Shown here piece after piece: positions 18,127 to 26,652 of a stretch of 64,000 bases of DNA. The notes under the pieces are model-generated. The model was not told the origin of the DNA and ran no database searches. It worked only from the letters and a program-made list of their open reading frames with translations. A program made the position numbers and the translations under genes. Positions within the stretch are counted from its first letter, which is position 1; each line of letters starts with the position of its first letter. This DNA comes from an uncultured Clostridia bacterium (GTDB lineage Bacteria; Bacillota; Clostridia; Christensenellales; UBA1242): the NCBI GenBank assembly GCA_934747885.1, contig CAKVHE010000002.1:258447-322446 (forward strand), in the 5' to 3' direction.

Positions 18127-19065
18127 ATGGATTTAGTAGTTATGGCTGCTGGAATGGGCAGCAGATTTGGCGGCTTAAAACAAACCGAACCGGTTGGTAA
18201 AAATGGCGAATTTATTATTGATTATTCGATTTTTGATGCAATAAAAGTTGGTTTTGATAGAGTTGTTTTTATTATTAAAGAAGAAAACTATGAACTTTTT
18301 AGAGATACCGTTGGCAAACGCATAGAAGACAAAATAAAAGTTGAATATGTTTTCCAAAAACTAGACAATTTGCCAGAAGGCTTTTCGGTGCCAGAAGGGC
18401 GTGAAAAACCATTGGGTACAGCGCACGCGGTGTATTGTTGCAAAGATATTATAAAAGGTGATTTTGTTACCATTAACGCTGACGACTTTTATGGCGCAGA
18501 GGCGTATAATGACGTTATGAAGTATGCCAAAAAAACTAAGTTTTGCAGAGCGTTAAAAAAGTTCTTTACCGGCAAAGATGAATTTGCTTTGGTTGGATAC
18601 AAGGCGGAAAACACACTGTCGGAAAACGGCTCGTCAAAGCGTGGTATTTGCAAAATAGAAAACGGCAAAGTTTGCGATATTGTTGAAAGCGTGGTAGAAA
18701 AACGCAGTGGCAAAATTTTTGCAAAACCACTAGATCAAGAAGATGCAGAGGAAGTTAGAGTGGATGGCGACCAAATGGTATCCATGAATATGTGGTTCTG
18801 CACCAAGCGTTTGTTTGATTATATAGATGTAGATTTTCCGGTCTTCCTAAAAAATATGCTAGAAACCAACCCACTAAAAGGGGAATATTTGTTGCCGAAT
18901 GTAATTGGTGAAGCCTTAAAAGCGGGCTTTGTAAATGTGCGTGCCGTAAAGACTGATGCAATTTGGCAAGGTATTACCTACAAAGAAGATAAACCAAAAG
19001 TAGTAAAATATTTGCAAGAACTTGCAGAAAAAGGGGTATATCCAGAAAATCTTTGGCAAAAATAA
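18127..19065 (+). CDS. Sugar-phosphate nucleotidyltransferase family protein
   Basis: Start at ATG 18127 after ggag. The N-terminal MDLVVMAAGMGSRFGGLKQ is the GxGxR nucleotide-binding loop of NTP-transferase-fold enzymes. Substrate unknown. Confidence 0.65.
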   Translation: MDLVVMAAGMGSRFGGLKQTEPVGKNGEFIIDYSIFDAIKVGFDRVVFIIKEENYELFRDTVGKRIEDKIKVEYVFQKLDNLPEGFSVPEGREKPLGTAHAVYCCKDIIKGDFVTINADDFYGAEAYNDVMKYAKKTKFCRALKKFFTGKDEFALVGYKAENTLSENGSSKRGICKIENGKVCDIVESVVEKRSGKIFAKPLDQEDAEEVRVDGDQMVSMNMWFCTKRLFDYIDVDFPVFLKNMLETNPLKGEYLLPNVIGEALKAGFVNVRAVKTDAIWQGITYKEDKPKVVKYLQELAEKGVYPENLWQK

Positions 19066-19168
19066 CTAAAAAGTAGTTAAAAACGTTTGCTAAATGGCAA
19101 AAAAATATAGTAAAATATATTTGTTAGCCAAAAGGCTGATAATACTCGAATAAACATGAGGTAAAGGT

Positions 19169-19432
19169 ATGAAAATTTCAGACGTAAGAATTCGTTTGGT
19201 AAAGAGCGAAGCTAGCAAAATCAAAGCATCTGCATCTATCACAATTGATGACTGCTTTGTAGTTCATGACATCAAAATCATCGAAGGCAACGAAGGTTAC
19301 TTTATTGCTATGCCAAGCAGAAGAACTCCTGACGGCGAATTTAAAGACATCGTTCATCCATTAAACACTGAAACACGTGAAATGATTAAAGATGTTGTAT
19401 TGAAAGCTTTTGAAGAAAACAAAGCTGAATAG
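19169..19432 (+). CDS. spoVG: Septation/sporulation regulator SpoVG
   Basis: 87 aa. MKISDVRIRLVK...KASASITIDDCFVVHDIKIIEGNEGYFIAMPSRRTPDGEFKDIVHPLN is near-canonical SpoVG. Confidence 0.95.
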   Translation: MKISDVRIRLVKSEASKIKASASITIDDCFVVHDIKIIEGNEGYFIAMPSRRTPDGEFKDIVHPLNTETREMIKDVVLKAFEENKAE

Positions 19433-19492
19433 TATAAATATATAACAAATGTATATTTGCTCTTTAACTGCTTGATTTTTATTAAAGCAATA

Positions 19493-19529
19493 TGTCCCTT
19501 GCACTTTTTCGCGCAGGGGACATTTTTTA
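19493..19529 (+). terminator. Rho-independent terminator after spoVG
   Basis: Stem tgtcccttgc (19493-19502) / gcaggggaca (19513-19522) with one G-U pair, followed by a T6 run. Confidence 0.75.
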
Positions 19530-19561
19530 ACCAACAAATTTGTTTGGGCATAAACTGCAAT

Positions 19562-20932
19562 ATGATTAAAAATTTATCTTCAAGTGTTTATTTTATTGGT
19601 ATTGGTGGGATAAGTATGTCGGCGCTTGCGCAGATTTTAAAAGCAAAAGGACACACGGTGGCGGGGTCGGACGCAAGCAAAAGCAAGCAGACAGAAAAGC
19701 TAAAAAAAGAAAAAATAAAAGTTTTTATCGGTCACCGCGCGGAAAATATTTTGGGCTACGAAACGGTGGTGTATAACTCTGCCATAAAGGAGAGCAACCC
19801 TGAACTTGCTATTGCGCGGGCGCTTGGCAAAATTGTTTTAACGCGAGCAGAACTTTTGGCAAAAATAGAAAATGAGTACAAACTAAAAATTGCCATAAGC
19901 GGAAGCCATGGCAAAACTACGTCTTCGGCATGGCTTGCCAGTGCAATGATGGCGCTTAATTTGTCGCCAACCATTCATCTTGGTGGCGAAGCGGTTGATT
20001 TAAATTCCAACTTTGTGGTAGGCAAAAGTAATATTTTTTTAACTGAGGCTTGTGAATATATGGACAACTTTTTGGCTTTGTCGCCAAGCCTTGGTGCAAT
20101 TTTGAATATTCAGGCGGATCACTTAGATTATTTTAAAAATTTTAATCGCATAAAAAAATCTTTTGCCAAATTTGCAAAGAATTGCAAAAAAGTGGTAATA
20201 AATTTAGATGATCCAACTTGCAGAAAAATTATGGAAGCAGACAAAAACAAAGATAAATTTATAACTTTTTCCATTTGTGATAGTAGAGCGGACTATTTTG
20301 CTGAAAACATTTTGTTAAGTGATAACAAAAAACCAACTTTTAACTTGTATGTTTCAGGCAAGTGCTTTGGAAGGATAGAGTTGCCAATTTATCTTGAACA
20401 CAATGTGCAAAACTACTTGGCGGTGTTTGCTTTGCTTTATGAGATGTATCCAGATGCCGAAGCAGTTGCTCAAAAATTAAGTTTATATTTGGGCGTTAGG
20501 CGTAGATTTGAAGAAAAAGGCCGACTGAACGGGGCGCTTGTGGTGCATGATTATGCACATCATCCAACCGAAATAGAAAAGGTTATAGAAGAGGCCGAAA
20601 ACGTGTTTGGCAAAAAGCCAATTGTGGTTTTTGAACCACATACTTACACGCGCACGCAGGCGCTTATGTGGGAGTTCGCTCGCGCCTTTTCTAAGGCAGA
20701 AAAGGTCTTTATTTATAAAATTTATCCCGCGCGTGAACCGCCAATAAAAGGCATAACTGGTTTGGCGCTTGCACAAAAAGTTAACAATGCCAGTTTAGTT
20801 CCGGCAACAAGTGTGGAAAACGAAAAGGAACTAAAAAAAGTACTTGCAAAAACACTTACAAATAATGATGTACTTTTGTGTTTGGGGGCGGGAAATATCG
20901 ATGTAATAACCGAAAAATTGTTGACAAAATAG
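19562..20932 (+). CDS. murC: UDP-N-acetylmuramate--L-alanine ligase
   Basis: Start at ATG 19562; the upstream ORF extension crosses the spoVG terminator. Motifs YFIGIGGISMSALA, GSHGKTT and DYAHHPTE. Confidence 0.9.
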   Translation: MIKNLSSSVYFIGIGGISMSALAQILKAKGHTVAGSDASKSKQTEKLKKEKIKVFIGHRAENILGYETVVYNSAIKESNPELAIARALGKIVLTRAELLAKIENEYKLKIAISGSHGKTTSSAWLASAMMALNLSPTIHLGGEAVDLNSNFVVGKSNIFLTEACEYMDNFLALSPSLGAILNIQADHLDYFKNFNRIKKSFAKFAKNCKKVVINLDDPTCRKIMEADKNKDKFITFSICDSRADYFAENILLSDNKKPTFNLYVSGKCFGRIELPIYLEHNVQNYLAVFALLYEMYPDAEAVAQKLSLYLGVRRRFEEKGRLNGALVVHDYAHHPTEIEKVIEEAENVFGKKPIVVFEPHTYTRTQALMWEFARAFSKAEKVFIYKIYPAREPPIKGITGLALAQKVNNASLVPATSVENEKELKKVLAKTLTNNDVLLCLGAGNIDVITEKLLTK

Positions 20933-20948
20933 ATGTGATGTGTATAAT
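20921..20948 (+). promoter_or_regulatory. Sigma-A-like promoter of the ileS leader
   Basis: TTGACA (20921-20926, inside the murC 3' end), 16-nt spacer, TATAAT (20943-20948). Confidence 0.5.
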
Positions 20949-20954
20949 AAAAGT

Positions 20955-21196
20955 AACTAAATAAATGCAATGATCCAAGACACGGCAATGCGCAAATTTT
21001 TTTAAAGCGAGTTGGGGTAGGTGAAAAGCCAACAAAAAATCCGCAGTTGTTATCACTTGGTAGCAGAAACCTGAAATTTTAGTAAGGTTCTCCGGTGGCT
21101 TTCCGTAACAAAAGCGTCGCGTGACTAGCGCGAAGAGTTACAATAAGTGGTAATACTTTGGGTATTCTTAATTGTAAGAATGCCCAATTTTTTTAT
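20955..21196 (+). promoter_or_regulatory. T-box leader (candidate Ile specifier) controlling ileS
   Basis: Stem I-like agcgagttggggtaggtgaaaagcc. Candidate specifier ATC (21052-21054) followed by A. F-box-like ccgtaac. Degenerate T-box core aagtggtaatac. Terminator stem gggtattctta (21160-21170) / taagaatgccc (21175-21185) plus a T7 run just before the ileS RBS. Confidence 0.6.
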
Positions 21197-21207
21197 AAGG
21201 AGAAAAT

Positions 21208-24200
21208 ATGAAAAAGGAACAAGCAGTACCAAATTTGGTCGAAAACGAAAAGCAAGTTTTAAAATTTTGGGAAACCAACCAAATTTTTAACAAACTCAAA
21301 GCCCAAAATGCCGGAAGTGGAAAGTATTTTGCCTTTTTGGATGGCCCAATTACCGCAAACAACAAAATGGGCTTGCATCACGCATGGAATAGGTCATTAA
21401 AAGACATTATGCTTAGATACCAAGGTATGCAAGGCAAACAAATTCATTATCAAAACGGTTTTGATGCTCAAGGTTTGTGGGTTGAGGTTAATGTCGAAAA
21501 AGACTTAGGGCTTTCCGGCAAACGTGACATTGAAAAGTATGGTATGGATAAGTTTACCGAAAAATGTATCGAACGCGTAAATCACTTTTCAAAGGAAATT
21601 GTCAAAGATAGTATTCGTCTTGGGCAGTGGATGGATTGGGACAATTCGTATTACACCAATTCGGATAACAACATTGAAACCATTTGGTACTTTTTAAAAG
21701 AATGCTACAAACGCGGTTGGCTAAAAGAAAAATATCGTCCAATGCCTTGGTGTGCCCGTTGCGGAACCAGCCTAAGTGAACACGAAATGGCCGATGAATA
21801 TCGTGATGTTGTACACACTGCCGTGTTCTTTAAATTGCCAATTGAGGGCAAAAATGCCGATATGTTGGTTTGGACAACCACGCCTTGGACGCTGTCTGCC
21901 AACGTTGCTCTGGCTGTTAATGCTGACCTAGATTATGTAGAATGCAAAGTAAAATCTTCTAGTCGTAACTTAATTGTATGCGAGAGCGCTAAAAAAGTTT
22001 TAAAAGATGATTTGATAGAAGTCGTAAAAACTTTTAAGGGTGCGGAGTTGGTTGGTTTAACATATGAAACCTGTTTCCCTATGTTGTCCAAACAAAATTT
22101 TGAGCACAAAATTGTGGCTTGGGATCACGTAGATGCAACCGAGGGTTCGGGATGTGTTCATATTGCGCCGGGTTGCGGTGCCGAGGACTTTGATCTTGGT
22201 CAAACTATTGGTCTTCCAAACATAATTCCGGTTGACGAGAATGGTATTTTTTATCCTGATTTTGGCTTTTTGGCTGGCAAAAGCGCCTTTGAAGTTAACG
22301 ATTTAGTTTTTGATCGATTAAAAGAAGCCGGTAAATTGTATTACACTCATAATTACAAACATCGTTATCCTTTCTGTTGGCGCTGCAAAAATCCAGTAAT
22401 ATTTAGGCTCATTAAAGAATGGGTAATAAGTATGGACGAAATTCGCCCACAACTACTATCAGCAATAGAAACGGTAGAGTTTCAACCAGACTTTATGAAA
22501 AAGCGAATGAAAGATTGGCTTAATAACATGGGAGATTGGAGTATTAGCCGTAAACGTTATTATGGTTTGCCATTGCCAATTTATGTTTGCCCAAAATGTG
22601 GTGAAGTTACTATTGTTGGCTCAAAAGCCGAATTGGAAAAACTCTCTAGCAAGGCCGAAGTAGAAGCGCTTCCACATTTGCATCGTCCATATATTGACAA
22701 AATTAAAATTACTTGTCCAAAATGTGGCGAAAAGGTTGAGCGTATCCCAGAAGTTGGCGACTGCTGGCTGGATGCTGGTGTAACGCCATTTTCTACCAAA
22801 AAATATTTTACTGATAAAGAATTTTTCAATCATAACTTCCCAGCCGAGTGCGTAATTGAAGCAAAAGAACAAATTAGATTGTGGTTCTATTCACTTTTGG
22901 TAATGAGTGTTACTTTAACAGGAAAAGCCCCTTACAAAAAAGTTATTGGTTTCCCAATGTTACTTGATAAAGATGGAAACAAACTTTCTAAATCTAGTCC
23001 AAACAATATTCCTTTGCCAGAAGCCTTTGACAAGTTTGGTGCTGATATTATTAGATATTTCTTTGCAGGCAACAACCAACTTTCGGATCTAATTTTCTCG
23101 TTTAGTTCAACTGATGACATCAAGCGCAAACTTATGGCATTTTGGAATATCTATGTGTTCTTTAACACTTATGCATCAATAGACAACCCAAAACTAGATG
23201 GCTTTAAGTTGGATGTAAACTCACTAGACATAACTGACAAATGGCTAATTGAACGCACAAATAATTTAATAACCGCATCGGCGGACTACTACGAGCATAA
23301 CCAAACTTTTGCCGTAACAAAAGCCTTTGAAGAATATATTGATGATGTTTCAAATTGGTACATTAGAGTAAATCGTCGTAGATTTTGGAAGTCGGAAGAC
23401 GAACAAGACAAACTCAACGCGTACTACTCACTTTACTATTCATTAAAAGCCACTCTAAAAGTAATGGCGCCAATAATTCCGTTTATGAGCGAATATGTTT
23501 GGCAAAATTTGGTTAGAGAACTAGAACCAAACGAAAGTGAAAGCGTAATGCTTGGTGGATATGCAAAAGTGACGCAAAAAGTTGTTACGCCAAAAATTAT
23601 GACCGAAACCGAACTTGCGCGTGAACTAATTGCAATTGGCTCAAGGCTGCGCAATGAAAACCAACTAATGGTAAAAATTCCTTTGCGTAAAATGTATGTT
23701 AACCTAAGCGGTGACGACAAGGAAGTAGTAGAGCGTTTTGGCGACATCATAAAGAGTGAATTAAACGTTAAGGATCTTGAAATAGAAAAAGATTATACTA
23801 AATTTAATTTGCCAAAACTCTCGGTAAACTTTAAGCAAGCTGGTGCGGCGTTAAAGGGTGATGTACAAAAACTTAAAAACGCCTTAACTGACGCTACTGA
23901 AAGTGAAATGAATGCCTACGTTATGGCATACAAAACTGGCAAGGTTTCGGTAAAAGATTTGGGAGAACTAGATAGCAGTTTGTTTACGGTAACTTATGTG
24001 CCTAAACCTGAGTTTGTTATGGCAACCGAAAACAATGTTACGGTAGTTTTGGATATAACTATAGACGAAGAGTTAGAAAAAGAGGGCATAAGCCGAGAAC
24101 TTATTCGTGCTTTGCAGGTTTTGCGTAAAGAGGCAGATTTTGAAATTTCAAAACGAATTAGTGTAAAACTTGAAACGACTAGTGAAAAATTAAGTAATGT

Positions 24201-24327
24201 AATTGCCGAATATAAAGAAAAAATTGCAAAAGAAGTGCTGATAAAAGATTTTGAACTTGCCGAAAAGCCAACGATTGAAAAAACAGTCGAAGTTGCCGGC
24301 ATTAGCCTAAAAGTGTTAATGAAATAA
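21208..24327 (+). CDS. ileS: Isoleucine--tRNA ligase (long, ~1040-aa form)
   Basis: 1039 aa. Has WCARCGTSLSEHE, the editing-domain region TTTPWTLSANVA and the KMSKS-region KLSKS. The HIGH region reads GLHHAW rather than HxGH. Confidence 0.9.
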   Translation: MKKEQAVPNLVENEKQVLKFWETNQIFNKLKAQNAGSGKYFAFLDGPITANNKMGLHHAWNRSLKDIMLRYQGMQGKQIHYQNGFDAQGLWVEVNVEKDLGLSGKRDIEKYGMDKFTEKCIERVNHFSKEIVKDSIRLGQWMDWDNSYYTNSDNNIETIWYFLKECYKRGWLKEKYRPMPWCARCGTSLSEHEMADEYRDVVHTAVFFKLPIEGKNADMLVWTTTPWTLSANVALAVNADLDYVECKVKSSSRNLIVCESAKKVLKDDLIEVVKTFKGAELVGLTYETCFPMLSKQNFEHKIVAWDHVDATEGSGCVHIAPGCGAEDFDLGQTIGLPNIIPVDENGIFYPDFGFLAGKSAFEVNDLVFDRLKEAGKLYYTHNYKHRYPFCWRCKNPVIFRLIKEWVISMDEIRPQLLSAIETVEFQPDFMKKRMKDWLNNMGDWSISRKRYYGLPLPIYVCPKCGEVTIVGSKAELEKLSSKAEVEALPHLHRPYIDKIKITCPKCGEKVERIPEVGDCWLDAGVTPFSTKKYFTDKEFFNHNFPAECVIEAKEQIRLWFYSLLVMSVTLTGKAPYKKVIGFPMLLDKDGNKLSKSSPNNIPLPEAFDKFGADIIRYFFAGNNQLSDLIFSFSSTDDIKRKLMAFWNIYVFFNTYASIDNPKLDGFKLDVNSLDITDKWLIERTNNLITASADYYEHNQTFAVTKAFEEYIDDVSNWYIRVNRRRFWKSEDEQDKLNAYYSLYYSLKATLKVMAPIIPFMSEYVWQNLVRELEPNESESVMLGGYAKVTQKVVTPKIMTETELARELIAIGSRLRNENQLMVKIPLRKMYVNLSGDDKEVVERFGDIIKSELNVKDLEIEKDYTKFNLPKLSVNFKQAGAALKGDVQKLKNALTDATESEMNAYVMAYKTGKVSVKDLGELDSSLFTVTYVPKPEFVMATENNVTVVLDITIDEELEKEGISRELIRALQVLRKEADFEISKRISVKLETTSEKLSNVIAEYKEKIAKEVLIKDFELAEKPTIEKTVEVAGISLKVLMK

Positions 24328-24339
24328 CACCAAAAGTGC

Positions 24340-24368
24340 TTGACAAAACAAGGCATTTAGTATATAAT
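24340..24368 (+). promoter_or_regulatory. Consensus sigma-A promoter of rpmE
   Basis: TTGACA (24340-24345), 17-nt spacer, TATAAT (24363-24368). Confidence 0.65.
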
Positions 24369-24411
24369 GCATTAGAAAAAATTACTAACACCAATCAAAA
24401 GGAGCAGGAAG

Positions 24412-24618
24412 ATGAAACAAAATATACATCCAGATTATCATCAAGTTACAGTAGAATGTGCTTGCGGAAATAAGTTTGTTACCGGTTCTACAAAAAAAGG
24501 TGATAAGATAAGTGTCGAAATTTGCAACAAATGTCACCCTTTCTTTACTGGAACTCAAAAACTTGTTGACAGTGGTGGTCGTGTAGATAAATTTAACAAA
24601 AGATACAACAACAAATAG
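24412..24618 (+). CDS. rpmE: 50S ribosomal protein L31 (Zn-ribbon type)
   Basis: 68 aa. [22 protein letters not shown]...[10 protein letters not shown] with the CxC...CxxC Zn motif. Confidence 0.95.
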   Translation: MKQNIHPDYHQVTVECACGNKFVTGSTKKGDKISVEICNKCHPFFTGTQKLVDSGGRVDKFNKRYNNK

Positions 24619-24629
24619 CGAAAGTAAAA

Positions 24630-24664
24630 GGTTCGTGAAGGCTTTCCTTTGCGAACTTTTTTTA
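24630..24664 (+). terminator. Rho-independent terminator after rpmE
   Basis: gttcg-tg-aagg ... cctt-tg-cgaac hairpin (24631-24656), followed by a T7 run. Confidence 0.65.
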
Positions 24665-24742
24665 TGCGAATTTTCCATATTGGTGGCAAATTCGCTTTTT
24701 TAATTGTGGAAATTTTGGTATAATTTTATTATAGGTAACAAA

Positions 24743-25561
24743 ATGAAGGAATTATTAAAAACAAAAGATTTACAAACACGTTTAAAAATATTTTTTGATG
24801 GCAGAGTTGAAGACGCCGAAGTAGATTGGATAATTTGCTTTGTGTGTGGGTTAAGTCGAGGCGAATTGTATCAAAACAAACCGGTTTCGGCGAGCGAGGA
24901 ACGTGAATGTTTTAAACTGGCACAAAAACGAGTTAAGGGCATTCCGCTTTGCTATTTGTTTGGAGAAAGTGAATTTTATGGTTTAAAATTTAAGGTTTGC
25001 AAAGATGTGCTAATACCAAGATTTGAAACCGAACTTTTGGTTGAACTAATAATTAAAAATGAAAAACAAGGTTCGGGGCTAGATATTGGCACTGGTTCGG
25101 GCGCTATTGCTATTACGCTAGCAAGGCTTGCGGGGCTTGATATGACGGCGGTGGACATCTCAAAAAAGGCGCTAAAAATTGCAAAGCAAAACGCCAAACA
25201 AAATGATGCAAAAGTTAAGTTTGTGCAAAGTGATTTGCTAGAAAAGGTGGAGGGCGCGTATGATTTTATTGTTTCAAACCCACCATACATAAAGTCGGCG
25301 GATATCTTGTCTTTGCAAACCGAAGTAAAAGACCACGAACCACATTTGGCGCTGGACGGTGGAGCCGATGGGCTAGATTTTTATCGCAAAATAACAGAAG
25401 GCGCGGTAAAACACTTAAAGAAAAATGGCAGAATATATTACGAAATTGGCATTGGCCAATCGGCGGAAGTTCAAGCCTTGTTACAAAAAGATTTTAAAGA
25501 CATAACGGTGGTGCAAGACTATTCGGGAATTGACCGAATTGTGTATGCAAAACTTAAATAA
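24743..25561 (+). CDS. prmC: Release-factor glutamine N5-methyltransferase
   Basis: Start at ATG 24743. SAM motif LDIGTGSGAIAI and catalytic VSNPPYI. Located immediately upstream of prfA, as usual. Confidence 0.85.
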   Translation: MKELLKTKDLQTRLKIFFDGRVEDAEVDWIICFVCGLSRGELYQNKPVSASEERECFKLAQKRVKGIPLCYLFGESEFYGLKFKVCKDVLIPRFETELLVELIIKNEKQGSGLDIGTGSGAIAITLARLAGLDMTAVDISKKALKIAKQNAKQNDAKVKFVQSDLLEKVEGAYDFIVSNPPYIKSADILSLQTEVKDHEPHLALDGGADGLDFYRKITEGAVKHLKKNGRIYYEIGIGQSAEVQALLQKDFKDITVVQDYSGIDRIVYAKLK

Positions 25562-26643
25562 TGGAGAATATTATGATTGAAAAACTAAAACAAATGAAAG
25601 TTAAATTTGCCGAACTAACGCGTGAACTTGCTGATCCGGATATTATTGCGGATCAAAAGTTGTGGCAAAAATTGGCAAAAGAGCATTCTGGCTTAATTGA
25701 TCTTATGGATAAATTTGCTGAATACGAAAAAGCCGAGGCAGATTTGAAGGGTGCCGAAGAGATGGTGGCAACCGAAACCGATGCTGAAATGCTTGAACTT
25801 GCCAAAGAAGAAATACAAAATCAAAAAAACAATTTGGCGCAAATTGAAGAAGAATTAAAAGTTTTGCTTTTGCCAAAAGACGAAAACGACGAAAAGAACG
25901 TTATTATTGAAATTCGTGCGGGGGCGGGGGGCGATGAAGCCGGTCTTTTTGGTATGGAACTAAAAAGAATGTATGCGCTATTTGCCGAAAAGCACCATTT
26001 TAAAATTGAAGAAATTGACGGCAATTATACCGAAGCAGGTGGATTAAAAGAATCTACTTTTATGATGAAAGGTCATAACGTTTATGCAATGATGAAGTTT
26101 GAAAGTGGAGTACATCGCGTGCAACGCGTTCCGGTTACCGAAAGTCAGGGTAGAGTTCATACTTCAACGGCGACTGTTGCAGTTTTGCCGGAAGCAACCG
26201 AAGTTGATATAGAAATTAACGAAAAAGATTTGCAAGTGGATACCTATCGCAGTAGTGGTGCGGGAGGGCAACACGTAAACAAAACAGAAAGTGCAATACG
26301 TATAACTCACCTTCCAACCGGTATTGTTGTTGCTTGTCAGGAAGAACGCAGTCAAATTAAAAACCGCGAAAAAGCAATGCACTATCTAAAAAACAAACTT
26401 TATGATTTTTACCAATCGCAAGCAGATAAGGAATATGCCGAAAGACGTCGTTTGCAAATTGGCTCGGGTGATCGTAGCGAAAAAATTCGCACTTACAACT
26501 TCCCACAAAACCGTGTTACTGATCACCGTATAAACTTTACCATTTATTCGCTTGAAAATTTTATGAATGGCGATATGGACGAAATGATTTCCGCCCTAAG
26601 TTTGGCAGAAAGACAAAAACTTTTGCTTGCTGAAAATTATTAG
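25561..26643 (+). CDS. prfA: Peptide chain release factor 1
   Basis: 360 aa. Has the PVT tripeptide (RF1 PxT type) in RVQRVPVTESQGRVHTS and the GGQ motif SGAGGQHVNKTESA. The start overlaps the prmC stop (TAATG). Confidence 0.95.
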   Translation: MENIMIEKLKQMKVKFAELTRELADPDIIADQKLWQKLAKEHSGLIDLMDKFAEYEKAEADLKGAEEMVATETDAEMLELAKEEIQNQKNNLAQIEEELKVLLLPKDENDEKNVIIEIRAGAGGDEAGLFGMELKRMYALFAEKHHFKIEEIDGNYTEAGGLKESTFMMKGHNVYAMMKFESGVHRVQRVPVTESQGRVHTSTATVAVLPEATEVDIEINEKDLQVDTYRSSGAGGQHVNKTESAIRITHLPTGIVVACQEERSQIKNREKAMHYLKNKLYDFYQSQADKEYAERRRLQIGSGDRSEKIRTYNFPQNRVTDHRINFTIYSLENFMNGDMDEMISALSLAERQKLLLAENY

Positions 26644-26652
26644 GAGTTTATT

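Noticed and set aside
19457-19561. N-terminal ORF-track extensions. Examples are murC from 19457, the lipoprotein from 17178, DUF378 from 7350, tpiA from 4336, prmC from 24704, holA from 46185 and the Hint protein from 1058.
   Set aside because: The extensions cross terminators or lack an SD. Internal ATGs have good RBSs and give canonical N-termini.
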